Source: a virus (Duplodnaviria > Heunggongvirae > Uroviricota > Caudoviricetes). From it: 64,000 nt of DNA. Each line of letters begins with the position of its first letter. Positions within the stretch are counted from its first letter, which is position 1. The position numbers were made by a program, and so were the translations under genes. The notes beneath the pieces were generated by a model that saw only the letters and a program-made list of their open reading frames with translations, searched no databases and was not told where the DNA came from. The stretch lies in the IMG/VR virus record IMGVR_UViG_3300029705_000018, one strand, 5' to 3'. Below, piece after piece: positions 37,729-48,027 of the stretch.

Positions 37729-39741
37729 GTGATTACAGTCTATAATAAAGATTATAAAGACCAATATACCGTTCTATTCCAAGACGCATATAACGTTTTA
37801 TTGGATATGCAGGCTAAAGATCCTCTTGGTGTAAAGATTAATCAGTCTGTTTTGGATAAAGGCAAAATCAGTTCTCTTGAAGAGTATTTTGCTCATATTG
37901 GTTATTTAGCAGATTATCACACTGAAAATATTAGAAATAATCCACCTTCTAATGTTGCATATCAAAACTCTGCTAAGTTCTTGATGCTTCCTATGGATGA
38001 AAAATACGATGTCAAGTCTGGCTGTTTTTACATTGACCTAAATACTAGAAATATTCAGGTTCCTGATATTTATAGTAAATATGGTGTTAGTGTTACTGGT
38101 GATCAGTTAGCCGAGACTTTGATGTTTAAGGTTCCTCGCTATTTCGATTATACTGACTTGGCTTCTACTGAAATTTATGTTCAGTGGACTAACCCAGCAG
38201 GAGACGAAGGTGCTTCTCGTATTGTCTTAGTTGACTTTGAAGCAGAAGAAGGTTATCTATTATTTGGTTGGCCTTTGACCAGTAAGGTTACTGTTGAAGG
38301 TAAAAATCCTTTGAAGTTCTCTGTTCGTTTCTTCGTAAGAAATGAAGAGAAAGAAATTCAGTACAGCTTAAATACTTTGGCTAGTTCTGTTATGATTAAG
38401 CAAGCTCTATATACTCATTTCAATGCTGACCTAGACATTGATGATCCATCTTTGTTGTTTGCGGCCGCAGTTGAAAATGGCGTTGACTCCAACATGACTC
38501 TACCTCAGATTCCTGTCTTCTTCTATGATTGGAAATTGGGTAATGACGAAGGAAAAGCTTTCTTAAAGAATGATGCAATTAAGCTATATGCTAGCGGTGC
38601 CACTGCTGATGCAGGTCAGTTGTGCTACAAGTGGTATTATACTCCTCGATTCATCGAAAATAATGTCGCTGTAACTAAAGATACTGAAGAAGTTTTCAAG
38701 GCTTACGCTGATGTAGATACTATCTTCAAGCCCACAAATGATACTGAAAAAGAAGCTGGCAAGACTTATTATGTTGAAGAAATCGAAGCTGAAACTGGCA
38801 ATCAGATTTATACTGTTTTCCTAGGCGATGCTTTTGAAGAGCCAGAAGAGGGAGAAGCTGCTCCTGTTTATTATGAGCAGGTAAGTGTTTATACCATTTT
38901 GGCTGTTGATGATGATGCTGAGGATTTGGGTGCTTCTACTGCGCTAGCACCTAATAAGAGATATTGGCCTCACGTCACCGGTGAATACAAGCTAACTTTG
39001 AACAATCAAGTTGGTAGTAGCAAATCTGCAGAGAGCGTTGATTCTTTGAAGTGCGTAATTCCTTGTGTTGAAAAAGTTGAGTTCACCGCAGATTTACCTA
39101 AGAACAAAGTTCTATCTACTATTGGCGAAGGCGAAGAGACTGTTAGCCAGGCTATTTTAACTGTTACTGTTGATGCAAATGACGGTGCTGAAAAGAGCTA
39201 TGTATGGTATGAAGCTGCTTCTTCTGACGCTGAATATGTTGAAGTTCCCAATGCTTCTAATGCTAGTATGACTGCTACTCAGCCAGGCTGGTATAAAGTT
39301 AAGGCTATCGGTACTTTGAACAGAGAGAGTATGTGGAAAGAAAGTTCTGAATGTAAGGTTACTTATCCTGCTGAAGCTCCTGAAATCGTCAAGTATCTAG
39401 TTGATGGTATCGAGTATCCTATTACAGATGATGACCCAACTTTAGAGAATGTTCCTGGCTTGAATACTCCTATTACCTTCAAGATTGAAATTGAAGAAAT
39501 GAATGAGTTCCAGACTGACGGTGTCACTTACAAGTGGTTCCGCAATACTCCTAACCAGAATGGTACTCCTATTAAGGATTCTGATCTAGATATTATTAGT
39601 GTAAATGGCAGTGAAATTACTGTTAAGCTATTAGCTAATAATGACTTGCCTGTTAATATTGCCTTCTATTACTGTGAAATCACTAATACTCTAGCAGGAG
39701 AAGAAAAGAAAACTACTTCTAAGGTATTCCAGATTTCTTAA
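37729..39741 (+). CDS. Structural or tail protein, 670 aa. GTG start. No TAG.
   Basis: Intact ORF. RBS AAAGGAAG. Confidence 0.7.
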   Translation: MITVYNKDYKDQYTVLFQDAYNVLLDMQAKDPLGVKINQSVLDKGKISSLEEYFAHIGYLADYHTENIRNNPPSNVAYQNSAKFLMLPMDEKYDVKSGCFYIDLNTRNIQVPDIYSKYGVSVTGDQLAETLMFKVPRYFDYTDLASTEIYVQWTNPAGDEGASRIVLVDFEAEEGYLLFGWPLTSKVTVEGKNPLKFSVRFFVRNEEKEIQYSLNTLASSVMIKQALYTHFNADLDIDDPSLLFAAAVENGVDSNMTLPQIPVFFYDWKLGNDEGKAFLKNDAIKLYASGATADAGQLCYKWYYTPRFIENNVAVTKDTEEVFKAYADVDTIFKPTNDTEKEAGKTYYVEEIEAETGNQIYTVFLGDAFEEPEEGEAAPVYYEQVSVYTILAVDDDAEDLGASTALAPNKRYWPHVTGEYKLTLNNQVGSSKSAESVDSLKCVIPCVEKVEFTADLPKNKVLSTIGEGEETVSQAILTVTVDANDGAEKSYVWYEAASSDAEYVEVPNASNASMTATQPGWYKVKAIGTLNRESMWKESSECKVTYPAEAPEIVKYLVDGIEYPITDDDPTLENVPGLNTPITFKIEIEEMNEFQTDGVTYKWFRNTPNQNGTPIKDSDLDIISVNGSEITVKLLANNDLPVNIAFYYCEITNTLAGEEKKTTSKVFQIS

Positions 39742-39759
39742 TAAAGGAGGTCAATAATT

Positions 39760-40407
39760 ATGTCACAGTTAAGTCAAACTGCTATTGACAAATTATATGA
39801 AATCCAAAGAAGTAATCCTCCAAAGATGGCTTCCATTCCATATGCGGAGGATTACATTGAAGTTGATTGGCGTACTCGCTCAATTGGAGAACGTGATATC
39901 CTAAGCACTGCTCGTGACCATAAATCCGAAAATTTATACTTTATCATGGATAGATATTGGGATTATATGGACTTGTCTACCACCACCTGTGTTATTTCTT
40001 ATAAGACTTATCCCGCAGACCCCCAGAAGCAAGGTGTGACTGGTTTATATGCCGTTCCATATTACGACATTTATACTCATAAAGCTACTCCTGGCACTTT
40101 GGAAAAGGATAAGATGGTTATTCCATGGTGTATTGATGGACGAGTAACTCAAGACGAAGCAGAAGTAGAATATGCCATTCGTTTTTATCGTGTTGATGCT
40201 GATGGAAAGAAAATCCTCTATAATATCAGCACCATGCCAAATGTTGGCAAAGTCCTATATGGACTAAACGTTCAGCCAAACGGCCTTGAAGACGCCGGAG
40301 ATCTAGCTGGTGATTATGATATTGCTAGTAGTATGTATGAACATTTTACTGACGAAATCAGAAAATTAAATCAGCAAGATATTTTTTGGATTGAATTTGT
40401 TTCATAA
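39760..40407 (+). CDS. Hypothetical structural protein, 215 aa
   Basis: Intact ORF with RBS AAGGAGG. A terminator follows at 40415. Confidence 0.7.
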   Translation: MSQLSQTAIDKLYEIQRSNPPKMASIPYAEDYIEVDWRTRSIGERDILSTARDHKSENLYFIMDRYWDYMDLSTTTCVISYKTYPADPQKQGVTGLYAVPYYDIYTHKATPGTLEKDKMVIPWCIDGRVTQDEAEVEYAIRFYRVDADGKKILYNISTMPNVGKVLYGLNVQPNGLEDAGDLAGDYDIASSMYEHFTDEIRKLNQQDIFWIEFVS

Positions 40408-40414
40408 CTTTTAT

Positions 40415-40452
40415 GGGTGGAAGTAATTTTTACTTCCACCCATTTTTTTTGT
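40415..40452 (+). terminator. Rho-independent terminator. A second weaker hairpin with a T-run follows at about 40479-40530.
   Basis: gggtggaagtaatttttacttccaccc followed by attttttttg. Confidence 0.75.
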
Positions 40453-40558
40453 TATTGGCCGAATAAAAATAATATACTAATCTCTTTTTTTATTTATATT
40501 AGAAAATAAAAAGAGATACTCTTTTTTTATAAAAATTTTTAGAAAAGGAGGAACATAT

Positions 40559-42664
40559 ATGGCAACTCTTCCACCCGATGGGATTTATAGTGGTTTTTAT
40601 ATTCGTTATTTTTTTGAAGGCGAAGAAATGACAGGCTACTATGGATCTAGTATGGGCATTTATAAAAGTGGAGATCCCGTCGAAGCGACAGTTACTTCAG
40701 ATTGGATTATTAATGGGCCTAATGGCGAAGCTGCTTTATGGTATTGGGATTCAAATTATTAGAATGAAATTCAAATTGGTAGTTCATTAAGTTTTCAAGC
40801 TCATATTTATTTAGATGATGGAATCTCCTTTGGAATTATCATATATGGAAAGAGAATGGATATCAAATTAAAGATGGGTGCGAAGACTGATCTTCCATCC
40901 AGTAAAAATAAAGGCACAGTATATTTTGCTAAAGATGGAGATAAAAACTTTGGTGAATTATATTATGATGATGAAAATGGCAATCGAGTAAAAATTGGCG
41001 GTAGCAATATTAGCAGCGCTAAATTTAAAATTTAGTATAATTCTAGCAATATTGATTTAGTTGATGGCCTTAGATTAGATTTAACTTTTGAAGATGGAAC
41101 TGTAATAGCTTCTAATTTTTTCCCTGAAGCAACAATATATAACCCTGGTTTAATGATGCCTGCCAAGAATAGTATTACAGAAATCCAATAGATGCCATTA
41201 GGATTGAAATCTTTTTATCCAGGCATTATAATTGGTACAATGCCTGCATTAGAATTAAATAACGGTTATGCCATTGGAATTGGAGATGCTGCAGTTTTAT
41301 TTGGAGATGATAGTACAGAATATAATAAAGTAGGAATAATTCAAAGTCCAGAAACTTTAATATTAGCTACAGAGGATTAGACCGCAGTGTTTAGTGTAAG
41401 CAATTAGGATAATACTCCAGGAATAGTGGCTATGGCTGGTGATGCAAGTTTTACGCTTGCAGAAGGTTATTTTTGGACAGGTTCCTTAGGAGCTGAATCT
41501 AATTATATTCCTACTGCTTATATTGAAGAACTTCATTCCACTTCAATCAATGCAGCCCAGTTTGAAGGAGCTTTTGCTGGAGATTTAGAAGGTACAGCTA
41601 GAGATGCAACTTCTTGGACCAATGCAATTCTTTTAAATGGCACTGAAGTTAAAGGCGGAGAAACTGAAGCAATTACTACTGCTAAATGGGGTGCTGAACG
41701 CAATATCTCTATTTCTGGCACTGCCGGCACAACTGGAACTATTGTTGATGGTTCTAATGAAGATGGTTATACTCTAATCATTCCCGCAACTATGATTGGT
41801 TTCACTAGCATCACTTCTACTAATTTATTGGCAACTAACTTAGGAGCTGCTGGAGCCCCAGTTGAAGTTGCTCATTTTAAAGAAACTTATTTCCATAATC
41901 CTAATAATAATAACTATAAGCATAAGCTAACAAGTAATGCTGGTTCTGCTGATTGTGAATTACAGCTACCTAATACTTCTGGCTTAATTGTTACTAAGGC
42001 TAGCACTACTGCGGCCGTTGGTGGTCTGAATGCACCAGTGTTTGTTGCTGCGAGCGGTGAAGTTACTGCTTGTTCTACTGTCTCTGTCGAGCATGGTGGT
42101 ACTGGCGCTAACTCTTTAAGTGCTTATTCTTTATTATATGGCAATGGAACTAATGCAGTAGGACAGGTTACTCCTATGGCCGCAGGCCGTATTTTAGTAT
42201 CTGGCGGTACTACTTCTGCTCCTCTATATGCTAGCCCAAGTTTAAGTTTCAGCACAGGCGCTTCTAATCCAACTATTAGTTTTGTCATTAATGGTGCTAC
42301 TTATACTTCTACTAATGGCATTCAATCTGCTACTGGCGAAAATCCTGGTCTAGTTTCTACTACTACTCAGACTTTTGCAGGAGCAAAGACTTTTACTGGA
42401 GCTGTTAATTTTAGCGCTGGTATCACAAGTACAACAGGTACATTCTCTGGACAAATCAATGCTACAAACATCAAGTTGAGTGGTCAATTGAAGAGTCATT
42501 CCGCAGGTACTTCTTATCTAACTTTGACTGATACTAAAGCAACTGTGACTTCTCCAACTGTTTATTTAAATGGTACAACTATCGTTCTAAATTCTAGTAA
42601 TTATGGTCCTACTTTACCAACTACTAATTTAGAAGAAGGTCGAATTTTCTTCTTATTGACTTAA
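40559..42664 (+). CDS. Tail fibre-like protein of about 701 aa with 5 in-frame TAGs at 40760, 41033, 41189, 41378 and 41405.
   Basis: ORF pieces 40559, 41192 and 41426 are all in frame 2. Gaps contain only TAG. TAA at 42662-64. Confidence 0.65.
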
Positions 42665-42696
42665 TAAAATCTAGGTGAGAAAGGAGAAAATATACA

Positions 42697-44871
42697 ATGG
42701 CAACTTATGATTGCACTATAAATGGTGTTCGTGCAAGAGTTGCTGCCACTGGAGTCTACTGGTTTGGACCCTCTGGCGGCAACCTAGGCACTTCTACAAC
42801 TGACGATGAAGGTTGGGGCGTTAATGATGGAGAAGATTTCTTCGGTGGAAATGTCAACCCCATGGCTTGTGATCCAAGCGGTAATAGTAAATTTACAGTT
42901 GCTATCAAAGTAACTACTCCAAATTTATCAAATGTTACTATTAGTGCTTTAACAATTACAGTTCAAGGTTTTGACCATACTTACAAAGGTCTTACTTCTA
43001 CTTATCCATTATATGCTAGTTTAAGAACTACTTCTACAAGTAGTAGTAGTGATACTTACAGCACTTTTAGAAATTACGCAATTGGAAGTGAGGCTAGTAC
43101 CAGTTCTCTTACTGGAAATTCTCTAAATCTTAATACTTGGTCTCCTACTTTCTACGGATCTTTTTCCCCAAATACTTCATATTATTTATTCTTATATACT
43201 AAATCTACAAGCCAAATTTATGGTTTTTATCACAGTGGCGCAATTTGCACTGATGCTTATGTTACTTATACTCAAAATGCAGCATCTTATACTGTAAGTT
43301 TGAGTAAAGGTACTGGTATCAGTTCTGTAAGTGGCGGTGGCACTTATACAGAAGGCGATTTAGTAACCATTAGAGCTACTCCATCTTCTGGATATAGCTT
43401 TGTAAACTGGACAGGTTCAGAAACTTCAACCGCAAACCCTTATAGTTTTTATATTTATGGTAATAAGTCTTATACTGCTAACGCAAGTTCTGCGACTTAT
43501 TTAGTTCAATATAAAGCTGGTACTTATGGTTCTGGTACAGAGAGTTCTGTTTATAAAACTCATGGTACAAATTTAACCTTAAAAGGAGTGCAATTCACTC
43601 GTTCTGGTTATACTCAAACTGATTGGGCTTCTGACGCCGCAGGTACGGTATGGGTAAATACCTTAAATGGAACTTATCAGACAGATGCTCCTGCAACTTT
43701 TTATCCATATTGGACACCCAATGTATATACATTAACCATTAATCCAAATGGTGGTACAATGTATAACGGTGACAATACTACTTCAAGTCCTTTTACCACA
43801 GAATTCTCTTATGGTACTCTAACTTATATTGGTAATTTAGATAGTTACGAAGGATACTAGCCAGACAATAAGCCAACAAAACCTGGTTATACTTGTACTG
43901 GATTTACTTTCTCTGGAGGCTCAGGTCAATAGAATACTAGTGGTGCTACTTTCTATTTTATGGGCGATAATCCAGCCGCCGCAATGGTTACTGCTTCTGA
44001 TACTCGCTCTTGGGTTTTCAATGGTAATTATGCTGGCAATGTAACTGCGACTGCAGAATGGGTTGGAAATACTTATACTGTTGTTTATAATGCTAATGGT
44101 GGTACTGGTTCTATGGCTAATACATCTCATACTTATGGTGAAGGCTCTAGTTTAAGAACTAATAGTTTTACCCATTCTGGTTATACCTTTACCGGATGGA
44201 ATACCAAAGAAGATGGAACAGGAACTACATATGCTAATAATGCTGTAGTAACTGATTTAACAACTACTGCCGGAGGAACTGTTACTTTATACGCTCAATG
44301 GGGTGAAGCCACTTATACAGTTATTTTCAATCTAAATGGTGGTAGTATTCAAAGTGGTGATTTTAGTAATATGACTTGTGCTCGTAATACTAATTATACC
44401 ATTCCTACTGGAACCATTGCAGCCAATGGCTTAATCTTCTTAGGATGGTCTACATCATCTTCTGCTACGACTGCGACTTATGAAGCTGGAGATACTTTCA
44501 ATAATATTGGAGCCGCAGGCGCAACAGTTATTTTATATGCAGTTTGGGATACAAAAGAGTTTACAATTAAATATCATGACAATAGCAATGGTAATACATT
44601 AAGTGTTAGTTGTATTCCTGCAGCTACCACCAATACTTTTAGAACTCTTCCTTCTGGATGGACGAAGGATGGCTATGAAGCTATTGGTTGGAGTAGATCT
44701 GCATCTGCCACTTCTCCTGACTATCGATTTGGTCAAGGATTTGTTGATGATTTAGGCGTAGCAGATGGAGCTACTTTAAATTTATATGTTGTTTGGACCC
44801 TGTAGCAACCATGGACTCTGACTCAATTATATATGTATATTGATTCTAGAGATTCATTTGTTCAATTCTAA
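42697..44871 (+). CDS. Tail fibre or adhesin of about 724 aa with about 5 Flg_new (Listeria-Bacteroides/InlB B-repeat) repeats. 3 in-frame TAGs at 43858, 43930 and 44803.
   Basis: ORF pieces 42697 and 43960 are both in frame 1. Repeated YTVxxNxNGG...GYTFxGW...TLYAxW motif. TAA at 44869-71. Confidence 0.65.
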
Positions 44872-44892
44872 TAAAAAAAAGGGGGATATAAT

Positions 44893-45300
44893 ATGGACTG
44901 GATGGTTATGTTATATCAAATTTTTGAACTTTGCGTTATTCCTCTCTTGGGTGTATTGACTATGTACTTAGTTCAATTCATTAAAATGAAGAGCCAAGAA
45001 ATCGCAGATAAGACTGATAGTGAATTAGCAGATAAGTACATTCAAATGCTTGCTGATACTATCACTACTTGCGTTATCGCAACTAATCAGACTTATGTTG
45101 AATCTTTGAAGAAGCAAGGTAAGTTTGATGCAGAAGCTCAGAAGGAAGCTTTCAATTTGACTTATAATGCAGTTATGTCTGTATTAACTGATGAAGCTAA
45201 GCATTATTTGGCTTCCATTTATGGCGACTTGACCGCCTACATTACTAGTCGTATTGAGGCTGAGGTTAATGTAAGTAAGATTGTTCCTGTTACTGAGTAA
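44893..45300 (+). CDS. Small membrane protein of 135 aa with an N-terminal transmembrane helix. Holin candidate.
   Basis: Intact ORF. Hydrophobic N-terminus MDWMVMLYQIFELCVIPLLGVLTMYLV. A strong terminator follows. Confidence 0.5.
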   Translation: MDWMVMLYQIFELCVIPLLGVLTMYLVQFIKMKSQEIADKTDSELADKYIQMLADTITTCVIATNQTYVESLKKQGKFDAEAQKEAFNLTYNAVMSVLTDEAKHYLASIYGDLTAYITSRIEAEVNVSKIVPVTE

Positions 45301-45310
45301 TTGCGGAGAT

Positions 45311-45353
45311 ACCCGAAAAATACCTAAAAAGTATTTTTCGGGTATTTTTTTTT
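45311..45353 (+). terminator. Rho-independent terminator after the holin-like gene
   Basis: acccgaaaaatacctaaaaagtatttttcgggt followed by a 9-T run. Confidence 0.75.
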
Positions 45354-45363
45354 GTCATTCGCA

Positions 45364-45496
45364 GGACCTCAAAAAGTTATGTCCCGGTATTCTTACGGTC
45401 CATTTTTGGTTATTTTTCATTCCAGTCGCGGTCCATTTTCGGTTAGGGTTCGGTCCTCGTTTGGACAAATTAGGGTAATTTTTCGGTCCTAATTTT
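45364..45496 (+). repeat. Array of four direct CGGTCC(A/T)...TTT 13-14-mers plus one inverted GGACC, in a non-coding stretch
   Basis: cggtccatttttgg at 45397, cggtccattttcgg at 45429, cggtcctcgtttgg at 45451, cggtcctaatttt at 45484 and ggacc at 45364. Confidence 0.6.
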
Positions 45497-45554
45497 CATA
45501 AAGCTATGAGGGGATTGGATAAAATATTTTTTGTATGGAGAGGAGACCTTACAT

Positions 45555-45989
45555 ATGTACTCAAACTATAATTATTATCCACAACAACCCTAGCAAGTCG
45601 CCCAATAGCAACCAGTGTACCAACCATTGTCTTACTTACGACAGGCGCCGCCGCAAGCAGGACTGAAAGGACGCTTGGTAGCATCATTGGAAGAGGCCCG
45701 TGCAACCTCTATTGACTTTGATGGTTCTGTATTCTACTTCCCAGATTTAGCGAACAGACGAATCTACACAAAACAAATAAATATGGATGGCACCGCATCA
45801 CTGTGTGTGTATGAATTAAGGGAAATGCCCGTTTAGAGAGAAGAGAGCGGTTCTGTTCCATCCGTTGAGAAATTTGTAACGAGAGAAGAGTTTGAGCAGG
45901 TCCTGGCGCAACTACAAATGCTCCAGAAGCCAACCGAGCCGGCCGTATCTGCCCCCGCAAAAGAAAAAGTAGAATTAATGTCATTCTAA
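45555..45989 (+). CDS. Hypothetical protein of about 144 aa with a Q/Y-rich N-terminus (YNYYPQQP-Q-QVAQ-Q-QPVYQ) and 3 in-frame TAGs at 45591, 45606 and 45834.
   Basis: ATG at 45555 after GGAGAGGAG. Frame 0 is continuous to the TAA at 45987-89. ORF-track piece 45615..45836 is in the same frame. Confidence 0.55.
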
Positions 45990-45999
45990 GGAGGTATGA

Positions 46000-46254
46000 A
46001 TGATGTATCCAGTAAACCCAAATAAATTAATCCAAATGATTAAATCCGGGCAAAATCCTCAGCAATTGATGTTATCAATTTTGAAAGGACAAGCCTATGA
46101 TAATCCCCTCGGAAAAAATCTCCTAAATTTAGCTCAATCTGGTCGCACTGTCGAATTAGAGAAAGTAATTCGCAACCTTTACGCCCAGTAGGGCGGTCAA
46201 AATTTCGACCAGGAGTTCGAAGCCTTTAAACGTGCATTAGGCTACAACACTTAA
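46000..46254 (+). CDS. Hypothetical protein of about 84 aa with 1 in-frame TAG at 46189
   Basis: ORF 46000..46191 continues in frame to the TAA at 46252-54. Confidence 0.5.
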
Positions 46255-46275
46255 AATTTAAGGAGGAAAAAAATT

Positions 46276-46992
46276 ATGTTCAATGGAAAAGGTTATAATT
46301 TATCTGATATCGCTGCTGTAACCCGTGGAAGTGGTACTGGTTTCGGTGGAGATGGCGACGGCGCATGGTGGCTGTTACTGTTATTCCTGTTTGCGGGATG
46401 GGGTAATGGTGGCTATGGCGGCGGCCTTGGCGCAGGTAACGCTCGCGACGCTGTTTCTTATGGCTTTGATATCAACAATCTAGAAAATGGAATCCGTGGA
46501 CTAGAGCATGGTCTATGCGATGGTTTCTATGACATGAACACTTCTTTGCTAACTGGTTTTGGTAATGTTACTATGGGTAATATGCAGAACACTAACGCCA
46601 TTATGGGCCGTTTGTGTGATATGTCCGCAGAGCAAGCTGCTTGTTGCTGCGAAACTCAGCGCTTGATTGAGAGAGGTTTGTGCGAAGTCAACTATAATAT
46701 CTTGACTCAATCTAACGCAACTAATACTAATATTGCCAATGCCGCGAGAGATATTATTGAAAACAATAATAATGGTGTTCGCTCTATCTTAGACTTCTTG
46801 ACTCAGGATAAGATTGCTACTTTGCAGGCTGAAAATCAGGCTTTGCGCTTGACCGCTTCTCAGCAAGCTCAGAACGCTTTCTTGATCGACCAGTTAGGAA
46901 CTAAGGCTCCTATTCCTGCATACATGGTAGCTAATCCATATGCTAGCTATGGTTGTGGTATGAACTACTATGCTGGATGTGGCTGCAACTAA
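46276..46992 (+). CDS. Gly/Cys-rich hypothetical protein of 238 aa with one hydrophobic segment (WWLLLLFLFAGW)
   Basis: Intact ORF with RBS AAGGAGG. GC content is visibly higher than in the flanking DNA. Confidence 0.65.
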   Translation: MFNGKGYNLSDIAAVTRGSGTGFGGDGDGAWWLLLLFLFAGWGNGGYGGGLGAGNARDAVSYGFDINNLENGIRGLEHGLCDGFYDMNTSLLTGFGNVTMGNMQNTNAIMGRLCDMSAEQAACCCETQRLIERGLCEVNYNILTQSNATNTNIANAARDIIENNNNGVRSILDFLTQDKIATLQAENQALRLTASQQAQNAFLIDQLGTKAPIPAYMVANPYASYGCGMNYYAGCGCN

Positions 46993-47011
46993 TATCTAAG
47001 GAGGAAAGTAT

Positions 47012-47434
47012 ATGGAAATTATTGCTAATGCTGTTCAAACAGTTCCCGCAAATCAGAATGTTTATTTCACTGATTCTGTTACTTCTGGAAATTATTCTAT
47101 CGAGCATCGTGATGGTAGTGGATTGGTGACTCTTCGCGGAGTCACCAATACTCAGTGCCGCGCCCGTTTTAGAGTACATTTCGGCGCAAATGTCGCGATT
47201 GCAGAAGGTGGCACCGTCGGACCAATTTCCTTAGCTATCTCTTTGGATGGTGAAGCGGTTCCAGCTACAATTATGACTGTCACCCCTGCCGCAGTTGGAG
47301 ATTTCTTCAATGTGAGCGCATCTATCTTTATTGATATTCCAAAAGGATGCTGCTCTCATGTGGCCGTGAAGAATATTTCTACTCAGCCAATTGATGTACA
47401 AAATGCAAATCTAATTGCTGAACGTTCTGCGTAA
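47012..47434 (+). CDS. Small 140-aa protein resembling the BclA C-terminal (C1q/TNF-like jelly-roll) domain
   Basis: Intact ORF with RBS AAGGAGG. Pattern NQNVYFTD...GNYSIEH..GSG.VTL..G.Y...F is typical of exosporium BclA_C-like domains. The call rests on motif recall only. Confidence 0.6.
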   Translation: MEIIANAVQTVPANQNVYFTDSVTSGNYSIEHRDGSGLVTLRGVTNTQCRARFRVHFGANVAIAEGGTVGPISLAISLDGEAVPATIMTVTPAAVGDFFNVSASIFIDIPKGCCSHVAVKNISTQPIDVQNANLIAERSA

Positions 47435-47445
47435 GGAGGGATAGT

Positions 47446-48027
47446 ATGGACCACGAAAGATTAAAACACATGAAAGAAACTTTAATGTGTGCTGTTGAAG
47501 TACAATTATGTGATTTGGGTGAAGTAGATACTAAAGAGCTTGGAGAAGCTATTGATATGATTAAAGATTTAGAAGAGGCAATCTACTATTGCACCGTTAC
47601 AGAAGCTATGAACAACTCTTCACACGAAATGGAGTTTGAAATGAAAAAAGGCGGCCATCACCAGTAGGAAAATGGTGACAGCCGCATGTATTATGACAGA
47701 AATCGTAGAAGTGATGGTACATTCTATGCTGACAATGATAATTCTTCTTCTTCTGGAATGAATAGTTCTAATGGAAGAAATTATTACGATGACCCAGGTA
47801 TGTGGCGCGATGAGCGCGAAGGCCGCAGTTATAATAGTCGTAGAATGTATATGGAAGCCAAGGATATGAAACGAGATAAAGCTACTCAATTGCGTGAGTT
47901 AGAAAAGTATATGCAAGAGCTATCTCTGGATATTACCGAAATGATTGCGGATGCTTCTCCAGAAGAAAAAGCATATCTTGAAAAGAAGATAACCGCATTG
48001 GCTTCTAAAATTGGTCAAATGAAATGA
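47446..48027 (+). CDS. Hypothetical protein of about 193 aa with 1 in-frame TAG at 47665. TGA stop.
   Basis: ORF pieces 47446 and 47686 are both in frame 1 and joined by a TAG. RBS AAGGAGG. Confidence 0.55.

Noticed and set aside
45440-45470. tRNA-like T-loop lookalike GGGTTCGGTCC, considered as a candidate suppressor tRNA
   Set aside because: The flanks cannot form a T-stem or acceptor stem. The sequence is one unit of the CGGTCC direct-repeat array. No cloverleaf can be drawn.
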